From Candidatus Saccharimonadota bacterium (lineage in GTDB: Bacteria > Pseudomonadota > Alphaproteobacteria > CAJXXZ01 > 1604HC), in the NCBI RefSeq assembly GCF_008189525.1, contig NZ_CP043314.1:60001-92000 (forward strand): DNA of 32,000 nucleotides, in the 5' to 3' direction. Shown here one piece after another: positions 8,682-15,998 of the stretch (positions are counted from its first letter, which is position 1; every line of letters begins with the position of its first letter). The translations under genes and the position numbers were made by a program. Below the pieces are notes generated by a model. It saw nothing but the letters and a program-made list of their open reading frames with translations. It did no database searches and was not told the origin of the DNA.

Positions 8682-10280
8682 CTATAAATTGCTGACCATG
8701 TCCACTAACTGTGAGATACTGAATGGCTTTGGCAAGAAGTTATCAAAATTTTTCTCAAACTGAGTTTCTGGATAACCAGACATTAAAATTGTCTTTATGT
8801 TTGGCTTGTTTTCTTTTATGTATTCCAAAACTTCAGTGCCTTTTTTACCATGCATTACAGCATCTGTAATTACTGTATCTATATGTTGATCAGAGCTTAT
8901 TATATCTATTCCTTCAGCTCCATTTGTTGCGCTAATAACTTCATAATCTTTTCTCTCTAAAGATTTTTTCATTATTTGTCTAATCCCATCTTCATCTTCT
9001 ATCAAAAGTACCGTTTTCTTTGTGTTTTTTTGATTTATAGGAAAATATAGAGTCACACTGGTTCCATTAGGATTGCTTTTTAAATCTAAATATCCATCTC
9101 CGTTTTCTACAATAGATATTACATTAGAAAGCCCTAGACCAGTTCCACTATCCTTTGTAGAAAAGAATGGAGAGAATATTTTATCTTGGATTTCTAAAGG
9201 TATCCCTGATCCATTATCTTCTATAGAAAGTATTACGTACTTCCCTGAAGGAATTACATTTTTCTTTATATGTTTTTCATACAAATCTTTTTCTAGCAGG
9301 GAGATTTTTATTTCTCCATTTTCTTTTATAGAATCTCTACTATTTATTACTAAGTTCATAAGTATTCTTTGGAGAGAGCAAGAAGATATTTTTATTAAGG
9401 CATCTGATTGCTTTATATCAAATGATACATTGATGTCTGCTGAAATATTTTCGAATAATCTTTTGCATTCTATAATTGTATTGTAAGGATTACATATTGC
9501 TTTATCTTTTTGAGAAGCGAATTTTATTAATTCTTTTGCTAATCCAGTTGCATTATCTATATTGGATATAATTTCTGATACATCTGATTTTACTGAATCT
9601 TCTGTTACGCTTTGGTGTAGTAACTCACACAATCCTTTTATTGATGTGAAAATATTATTGAAATCGTGACTTATGCTCCCTACTAACTGTCCTAGGTTTT
9701 GCAAATGTTGTGATTTTTGCATTTGCTTTTTTATTTTCTGTATTTCAGTTTTATCTTGTAATCCAACAATCCACGTGGAGCAAGTGCCTTTTTTGAAATG
9801 TACTTCCATTGGAATTCCATTCCATAGTACATCCTCTACATTTAGCTTTTTCCTTAACATGCTGCTAGAGAAATCGAAAAATTGATTTAGATTTTTTATT
9901 TTCTTGTCTTTAGGTGTATAGCCTCTAAAGCTGTCATTTGCGCTGATTATATTTCCTTTTTCTCCAACTACTGCTACAGGAGAAGGAATCTGGCTTAACA
10001 TATGAGATGTAGAATCATAAGGTATGAATAGCACATGATATTGCTTTGCAGAGGTCTTGAAGTAATTTAGCTCCCATTGAGAATTTTCAATTTCGCAAAT
10101 CATTTGGCTTCTATAATATTTCATTGAAGATATGCTAGATATTTTTTTACCCCTCATATCTCCAAATCTTTCAAAGAAATCTTTGTTTACTTTTTGTATT
10201 GTCCCATCATCAGATATTATTATACATGGTGTAGAGAAACATTGGTGATATTCAGGTTTGCTGAACCAATCTAAAATCAT
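8682..10280 (-). CDS. Soluble hybrid sensor histidine kinase / response regulator (PAS-PAS-HisKA-HATPase-REC), CckA-like architecture
   Basis: 532 aa. H-box SISHDFNNIFTSIKG, N-box LMNLVINSRDSI, G1 DNGSGI, F-box FSPFFSTK, G2 GTGLGLS. The C-terminal receiver has LLIEDEDG, ITDAVMHG, LMSGY and LPKPF. There are two PAS-like N-terminal segments and no hydrophobic transmembrane stretch. Confidence 0.9.
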   Translation of the reverse strand: MILDWFSKPEYHQCFSTPCIIISDDGTIQKVNKDFFERFGDMRGKKISSISSMKYYRSQMICEIENSQWELNYFKTSAKQYHVLFIPYDSTSHMLSQIPSPVAVVGEKGNIISANDSFRGYTPKDKKIKNLNQFFDFSSSMLRKKLNVEDVLWNGIPMEVHFKKGTCSTWIVGLQDKTEIQKIKKQMQKSQHLQNLGQLVGSISHDFNNIFTSIKGLCELLHQSVTEDSVKSDVSEIISNIDNATGLAKELIKFASQKDKAICNPYNTIIECKRLFENISADINVSFDIKQSDALIKISSCSLQRILMNLVINSRDSIKENGEIKISLLEKDLYEKHIKKNVIPSGKYVILSIEDNGSGIPLEIQDKIFSPFFSTKDSGTGLGLSNVISIVENGDGYLDLKSNPNGTSVTLYFPINQKNTKKTVLLIEDEDGIRQIMKKSLERKDYEVISATNGAEGIDIISSDQHIDTVITDAVMHGKKGTEVLEYIKENKPNIKTILMSGYPETQFEKNFDNFLPKPFSISQLVDMVSNL

Positions 10281-10417
10281 ATTTAATTGTACTTTTATTA
10301 TGAATTGTTTAAAATACGGTTAATTTTTATTTTTTCAACTAATTTATAAGTAAATATAGTAAAAGTGAGATTCAGTTTTTGTATATATGTATATATTTAA
10401 ATAAGGTATCATAGGAT

Positions 10418-10999
10418 ATGGGAAGTTCAGAGATTTTAAAACCTAAATTAGTGTGTTGGGATTGGTCTGGTACAATAATTAAATCAGATAACTTGAATTA
10501 CTTTATTAATAATTACTTGTTCTGGAAAAATGAATTAGATGTATTTCCTTTTTCTCAAAAAGAGAAAATGAAAAAAGCTTGGTTTTCTTTTGATAAGAGT
10601 ATGAAGTCTAAGATACAGAGAGAATACAAAAATGTAGAAGAAAGAGTTGAGCCTTGCATTAACCCATATGCTTTGGGTTTGATAGATTTTTTTGCTGATC
10701 ATGAAATTAAACAGGGTGTTGTGAGTTTGGCAAGCTCTAAGCAAATAAAAGTTCACTTAGGATTGTTAGGGTTGATGCAGTTCGATTTTATACTAGGGTC
10801 AGATAGTGGAAAAAGCCCGAAACCGGATCCCTCTACATTAATTGATATTGCTGAATCATTGAAAATAGATCCTAGAAATATATGGGTGATTGGAGACTCA
10901 GAATTAGATATGGATCTTGCTAAGAATTCTGGAGGGTTTGGAATTCGTGTAGAATCTGGGCTTAAGCCTGTTTGGGATATGATTGATAAGTGTTTTTAA
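10418..10999 (+). CDS. HAD-IA family hydrolase (phosphoglycolate-phosphatase-like) with atypical motif I
   Basis: 193 aa. Motif I is CWDWSGT (Asp nucleophile present, the Asp+2 position is Ser). Motif III lysine is in KSPKPDP. Motif IV is IGDSELDMDLAKNSG. Confidence 0.75.
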   Translation: MGSSEILKPKLVCWDWSGTIIKSDNLNYFINNYLFWKNELDVFPFSQKEKMKKAWFSFDKSMKSKIQREYKNVEERVEPCINPYALGLIDFFADHEIKQGVVSLASSKQIKVHLGLLGLMQFDFILGSDSGKSPKPDPSTLIDIAESLKIDPRNIWVIGDSELDMDLAKNSGGFGIRVESGLKPVWDMIDKCF

Positions 11000-11129
11000 G
11001 ATTATTTAAGAATAGCTCATTGTCTAACTGATTATATTTACCACTTTATTTTATCACTACTTTAAAGATTATTTATGAAAATGATTTCTTAACTATGGAT
11101 TTTCATTTAGTGTCTTGATACCCTTTAGT

Positions 11130-11483
11130 ATGTGTGAAAAGAAATCTGTAGAAATAATATTCGTATATCCTGATGGTTCTAAAAAAGTTTGTAATGCAAA
11201 TGTAGGGGATAATATGTTGCAAGTTATAAGAAAAAATCATATTCCTATGGCCTGCTCATGTGGTGGTGCTTTAGCTTGTGGAAGTTGTCATGGAACATTG
11301 GACCAACCTTTCTTTGATAAAATAGAGGATAGTGATCAGGCTATGTCAGAAACAGAAGAAGAAACTATGGAGTATTTTGTTAATGATGATGCTACAGATA
11401 CTTCAAGATTATGCTGTCAGGTAGATGTTAGAGAAGAGCTTAATGGAATGCATATATACATTCCTAAAAATACTTCTGATTAA
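11130..11483 (+). CDS. fdx: Adrenodoxin-type [2Fe-2S] ferredoxin
   Basis: The cluster ligand pattern C-x5-C-x2-C is in SCGGALACGSCHG, with a distal Cys in RLCCQV. The ORF track begins at a TTG at 11115. I place the start at the in-frame ATG at 11130 (MCEKKSVEIIF...). Either start is possible. Confidence 0.88.
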   Translation: MCEKKSVEIIFVYPDGSKKVCNANVGDNMLQVIRKNHIPMACSCGGALACGSCHGTLDQPFFDKIEDSDQAMSETEEETMEYFVNDDATDTSRLCCQVDVREELNGMHIYIPKNTSD

Positions 11484-11485
11484 TT

Positions 11486-11529
11486 TTATATCCGTATTTA
11501 TGTTCATTTATATCCGTATTCATGTTCAT
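11486..11529. repeat. 22-bp tandem direct repeat, two copies with 1 mismatch
   Basis: 11486-11507 reads ttatatccgtatttatgttcat and 11508-11529 reads ttatatccgtattcatgttcat. The repeat starts 3 nt after the ferredoxin stop, upstream of gpsA. Confidence 0.9.
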
Positions 11530-11554
11530 TTGATTTATAGATAAGTGAATTTTA

Positions 11555-12613
11555 ATGAATCTAATGAGATTTTATTTTAGGAGGGTTTTGTTGTTTAAGA
11601 TTATAGGAAATGGTGCTTTTGGATCTGCAATGGCTTCTGCTATAAAGCGTTCTGGGTTTGAATATGTTGTAATAGATTCTTTTAGTGGGAATGTTTGTTT
11701 AAATAGTATTGAAGATAAAAAACAAGATAATACTTACAATAATCTAAATAGGAATAAAAAAACTGATCTAGAGTTAAATAGTGACAATAGTAATAAAGAT
11801 AGTTATAAAGATTTCAATGATTATCCATTTTTAATTCCTGCTGTTCCTTCTTATGCGGTGCCTAATATAGTAGAAAAGTACTCTAGCAAAAAAGATCATA
11901 TTATTTTTATCTCAAAAGGAGTTTTGGAAAATGGACTGATTTTGGGAGAGTGGGCTGATAAAAAAGGAATAGATTGGTCTGTTATAGCAGGTCCTCATTT
12001 TGCTAACGAAATAATGAAGAACTTACCAACAACATCTATTTTAGGTTCAGAGGAATTAATTCCTGAAGTGATGTCTTTTTCTAATATGGGTTTTATGCAT
12101 AGCAAAATGAAAAAAGGCATACAATTCTGTGGAGCAATGAAAAATATAATAGCTTATGGATGTGGAGTTGTTTCTGGCTTAGGGTTAGGCAAAAATGCTG
12201 TTGCATCTTTCTTGAATAAGGGGTTTTTGGATCTAAGGAAACTCCTTATGGAAATATCTGAGGAAGAAGTTATTTTTAGCCCAGCTGGGATAGGAGATCT
12301 TTGTCTTACAGCATCCAGTGATTCTTCTAGAAATTTTAAACAAGGTTTTGAAAGATCTGCAAGTTTGGATTTAAATAATGTAAAATCATATACAAAAACG
12401 AATAGAGATATAGACTCAAGTTCAAATGTTAATGCTAGTAAGAATATCAATGGTCAGATTTTAAGTGAAGCTAAGCATAGTGCTTTGGCAATGTACAATA
12501 GATTCGGAGATAATTTCGTTACCATGAAATTTGTTTCTGATGTTTTGAATGAAAGTTTATCCACTCAAGAACAAATTAAAGTACAGCTTTTCGAAAATAA
12601 AATATTCTCTTAA
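11555..12613 (+). CDS. gpsA: NAD(P)H-dependent glycerol-3-phosphate dehydrogenase, divergent, with low-complexity segments
   Basis: IIGNGAFGSAMA is the Rossmann GxGxxG. Also present are IAGPHFANE, CGAMKNIIAYGCG (catalytic Lys), and GIGDLCLTASSDSSRN. A perfect AGGAGG at 11579-11584 lies inside the longest ORF, which suggests the real start is the TTG at 11591 (MFKIIGNG...). Confidence 0.85.
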   Translation: MNLMRFYFRRVLLFKIIGNGAFGSAMASAIKRSGFEYVVIDSFSGNVCLNSIEDKKQDNTYNNLNRNKKTDLELNSDNSNKDSYKDFNDYPFLIPAVPSYAVPNIVEKYSSKKDHIIFISKGVLENGLILGEWADKKGIDWSVIAGPHFANEIMKNLPTTSILGSEELIPEVMSFSNMGFMHSKMKKGIQFCGAMKNIIAYGCGVVSGLGLGKNAVASFLNKGFLDLRKLLMEISEEEVIFSPAGIGDLCLTASSDSSRNFKQGFERSASLDLNNVKSYTKTNRDIDSSSNVNASKNINGQILSEAKHSALAMYNRFGDNFVTMKFVSDVLNESLSTQEQIKVQLFENKIFS

Positions 12614-12660
12614 GAGAGTGTATTGCTACTATATTGCTACTTATATTGTTCCTATTAAAA

Positions 12661-13032
12661 CTATTGCTTGCTATGTAATATGGAAATTTGCATTAATTCT
12701 ATCTTCTCTTCGAATACAACATATCCATTTATTTCTATCGCTAATGACTGTATGTTTTCTATGAATTTCTGAACTTTAACTGATGGTTTTTTTAGTCTAG
12801 GTTCATACCTTTCTATGTTTTTCTTTAAATACACTTCTAGTAGATATATTTTTTCTTGATCATACGGAGATAGATCTGGTATATAGTTTGATATTCCTGA
12901 CATGCTTTCTGCAAAAAGTGACTGTCTGTCCAATATGCAATATATTTCCTCTTTTATTGATTCATATAAATCTTCATAGCTTGAGTAAGAGGAAGGATTT
13001 TTCTTTAGTCTTTCAAATAATGCTGCTTTCAC
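12661..13032 (-). CDS. GPW/gp25-family protein (T6SS TssE / phage baseplate wedge-like)
   Basis: 123 aa with a GTG start and no clear Shine-Dalgarno sequence. The N-terminal LFERL, the mid-protein I..IL(D/N)..., YIPDLS, and especially NIERYEPRL followed by V.V match the TssE/gp25 consensus as I remember it (L.(D/E)RL ... yGlPDls ... I..fEPRL..v.V). The call comes from motifs only. Confidence 0.6.
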   Translation of the reverse strand: MKAALFERLKKNPSSYSSYEDLYESIKEEIYCILDRQSLFAESMSGISNYIPDLSPYDQEKIYLLEVYLKKNIERYEPRLKKPSVKVQKFIENIQSLAIEINGYVVFEEKIELMQISILHSKQ

Positions 13033-13198
13033 GTAATTTGTTTAATTGATAAAAGTTAAGAATCTATGAAAATCGTATTTAATAAGCGCATTTTTGTATT
13101 AAAAAGTGTATAAAAGTCAAATTTAGATTATAGGTAGGTATTTATTCCGTTAATGGTTGTTGTATATTAACATCTAGTGTTTATTCTACTTTATGCAT

Positions 13199-13840
13199 TT
13201 AATCAGTATTTAACTTTGACCATTTATCTGGAAAGTAAATTAGGTTTTGTAGATTTAAGGTTTGGATTTGATTTTGTGATATTTTATTACAAACAGCCCC
13301 GCAGATTTCACTGCTTTGCCAGATGATTATGTCTTGTTTGCTATTCCCTATATACATGAATGGTTTATTTTTATTGAATGAGATTATTTCTTTTAACTTA
13401 TTTTCTCCTATACAGTTATTATTGTGTGTAGAGTATATTTCATTATCAAAAACGTCTAACTTTAAGGATATCTTTTTTGCTATGTTTTGAGTCGATCCAG
13501 TTGCAAGCACTATTTTGATAGATTTGTATTGACGTTTCACATCTTTTAGAAAGCTAATTACATCTTTATTAAAATCTAATTCTTCCATTTTAAGTAAGCT
13601 ATGATTCGAGTTTATTATTTTTATGTTTTCTAGTTTCTTTCCTAAAATCCAATTAAGTGTAATTTTTAGGAATGTAAAAGGTTTATAAAAAAGTGTTTTT
13701 TTGAATGTAGAAAAGATAGTGTTTTGTCTTACAAGAGTTCCATCTAGATCACAAAACACGAAATCGACATTTTTAAGTAAATCTATATCTATTTTAGTTA
13801 TATTTTTTTTGTAATTTGTAAAATTTATTTCAGAATTCAT
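13199..13840 (-). CDS. HAD-IB-like hydrolase
   Basis: 213 aa. Motif I is FVFCDLDGTLV, motif II is VLATGS, and the motif IV-like sequence is YIGNSKQDIIIW. The specific substrate cannot be determined. Confidence 0.6.
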   Translation of the reverse strand: MNSEINFTNYKKNITKIDIDLLKNVDFVFCDLDGTLVRQNTIFSTFKKTLFYKPFTFLKITLNWILGKKLENIKIINSNHSLLKMEELDFNKDVISFLKDVKRQYKSIKIVLATGSTQNIAKKISLKLDVFDNEIYSTHNNNCIGENKLKEIISFNKNKPFMYIGNSKQDIIIWQSSEICGAVCNKISQNQIQTLNLQNLIYFPDKWSKLNTD

Positions 13841-14083
13841 AAAGCACTATTAATATAAAAACTATAAACTAAAAGTACAAATTATCAAATTGAAATTTTG
13901 CAATTAAGGCTGTTAATAAAAAATTACCAATTTATATATAGGTTTATAATTAATTAAGCTAGCAACTGTAAAGTGGTTCAGATTTTTACAGTATTTAGTT
14001 TATTATTATGGTTTGAGTTGATTGGCAAGAAAGTAATTTGCTAAATATTTTTTATATGGTATTCTGCCAAAAAGGGGTTTCGG

Positions 14084-14773
14084 ATGAGATTTAGAGAAGA
14101 TAATGTAAGTGTTCAATCTGGTTTGTCAGATTATTTCGCTGCTGTATATAAGTTTTTGGGGGTTGGATTTGCCTTTACTGGAGCTTTAGCTTTTTGTGTA
14201 AGTTCTTTTTTAAGCAATAGGTCTTTCGCAATGGTAAGCATAATTTCTATTCCTGCTTGGATAATAATGAGCTTGTATTTCAGGAAAGTAAATATAAGAT
14301 CCTCATATTCTGAGATTAGCTTAATGTACTGGTCTTATTGTTCAGTCATGGGTATATCTAGTGCGTATATATTTAAAGTTTTTACAAGTAGCAGTATAGT
14401 TTCTATGTTTTTCTTGACTGCTTCCATATTTTTGGTTGTGTCCTACTATGGAGCTAGTACAAAAACAGATTTATCTAGTTATCTTTCTTTAGCTTTTTAT
14501 ACATTTTTTGCAGTTTCCATATATTCTTTATTCGCTTACTTCGTATTTGGAAGCACATCTTCTCATATTTTGCTGATATCTTTGTCTACCTTTGTTTCTG
14601 TAGTTAGTATAGCTTTTACAAGTCAAAATTTAGTGAATATATACTACTCTAATCAAGTATCAGATGAAGATTTAAATAAAGCTGCTATTCTTTCTTCTTT
14701 GGTATTATTGATGGATGTAATAATAATCTTGAGAAACTTGTTGTATTTATTTGGAGATAGAAGGTCTGACTGA
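14084..14773 (+). CDS. Bax inhibitor-1 / YccA family inner membrane protein
   Basis: 229 aa with about 7 hydrophobic helices. The N-terminal FAAVYKFLGVGFAFTGALAF and the C-terminal SLVLLMDVIIILRNLLYLFG...R both resemble the BI-1/YccA consensus. Confidence 0.8.
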   Translation: MRFREDNVSVQSGLSDYFAAVYKFLGVGFAFTGALAFCVSSFLSNRSFAMVSIISIPAWIIMSLYFRKVNIRSSYSEISLMYWSYCSVMGISSAYIFKVFTSSSIVSMFFLTASIFLVVSYYGASTKTDLSSYLSLAFYTFFAVSIYSLFAYFVFGSTSSHILLISLSTFVSVVSIAFTSQNLVNIYYSNQVSDEDLNKAAILSSLVLLMDVIIILRNLLYLFGDRRSD

Positions 14774-14930
14774 TTGTGCTGAATTTGCCAAATCAGTTAA
14801 TGGCTTAATTATGCTTTTGGTGTAATATTATATTAAATCTTTTACAATTATTTTTGTAAGTATAGATTTGTTAATTTATTATTAAGGTTTTAAATAGTAA
14901 ATTATAAAGAAAATTAGAAGAGGAGCTTGA

Positions 14931-15998
14931 ATGCTTAAAAGAAAGTCAAATGTTTTTTATTTGTTGACCTTAGTTGTTATTTTTGGGTCTGTTAGTTTCT
15001 TTTACTATCAATATGTAAACAAAGTTAACCCTAAATTTAACTTTATAGAAACAATTGATGTGGAAGCTGAAAGAGTAAAAATAGGTGATATGTATGAAAG
15101 AAGAACATATAGTGGATCTCTTAAGGCGCAGAAATCTATTAGCCTTATAAACGAGAGAGGCACAGGAATAATAAAATACATTAGAAAAGATGGAGAAGTA
15201 CTCAAAAAGGGTGATTATATTTTCAAATTAAACGACAGCAGTGAGCAAAATGCTGCAGAAAGCGCTAAAGCTGTCTTGGAAGAAAATAAGTTACAGAGAG
15301 ATAGAGCTGAAGATCTTAATGAGCAAGGTATAGTTTCTGATTCCGAGCTAGAAACAAGAAAAAATGCATATAATAAAGCGCTAGCAGAATATAACAGAAC
15401 TGTTTCTGAGTTGGAAAAAACTAAATTTATAGCTCCTTTTGATGGGATATTAGGTTTGGTTAAGTACACAGAAGGCGCTGTTTTATACCCTAATCAGGAA
15501 ATTTCTACATTCAGATCAGTAGGTCCTTTGGTGTCTATATTTTCTGTTCCAGAATCTGATGCAAACTCTATTTCAATAGGGACAGAAATTTATATCATAT
15601 CAGAGTCTTCATCTATACTCCCCCAGTTAGCTAAGATAGATGCAATAGATGCAGTTTCTGATTCTACACATAACATTGCATTCAAAGCGACATTAATTAA
15701 TGAAAATGTTAGATTGATTCCTGGTCAATTTGTAAAAGTAGATGTTCCTTTAGGAATTAAAAAGAATGTACTGATGGTTCCAGAATCTGCTGTTAAGATT
15801 TCTTACGGTTCATCTTATGTTTATAAAGTAGAAGATGGTGTTACATACAATATTCCAGTAGAGATAGGAATTAGAGATGAAGGTTATGTTGAGATATTAA
15901 AAGGACTTGAGCAAGGAAATGTGGTTGTTACCGAAGCAGGAGATGGTGTTTCAGATGGTCAGAAAGTGAAAGCTAATATAGCAGGTGAATCAAATTGA
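14931..15998 (+). CDS. Efflux RND transporter periplasmic adaptor (membrane fusion protein)
   Basis: 355 aa. It has an N-terminal membrane anchor, a coiled-coil hairpin segment (AESAKAVLEENKLQRDRAEDL...L.TRKNAYNKALAEYNRT), then IAPFDGILG and beta-barrel-like regions. A GAGGAG Shine-Dalgarno sequence precedes the start. The stop overlaps the start of the pump gene. Confidence 0.85.
   Translation: MLKRKSNVFYLLTLVVIFGSVSFFYYQYVNKVNPKFNFIETIDVEAERVKIGDMYERRTYSGSLKAQKSISLINERGTGIIKYIRKDGEVLKKGDYIFKLNDSSEQNAAESAKAVLEENKLQRDRAEDLNEQGIVSDSELETRKNAYNKALAEYNRTVSELEKTKFIAPFDGILGLVKYTEGAVLYPNQEISTFRSVGPLVSIFSVPESDANSISIGTEIYIISESSSILPQLAKIDAIDAVSDSTHNIAFKATLINENVRLIPGQFVKVDVPLGIKKNVLMVPESAVKISYGSSYVYKVEDGVTYNIPVEIGIRDEGYVEILKGLEQGNVVVTEAGDGVSDGQKVKANIAGESN

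Noticed and set aside
9073-9486. 137-aa plus-strand ORF (also 9673-9885) inside the histidine kinase gene
   Set aside because: It is antisense to a CDS with complete H, N, G1, F and G2 boxes. It has no motifs of its own.
12549-12764. 71-aa plus-strand ORF bridging the gpsA 3-prime end and the gp25-like gene
   Set aside because: It overlaps two better-supported genes, one out of frame and one antisense, and it has no motifs.
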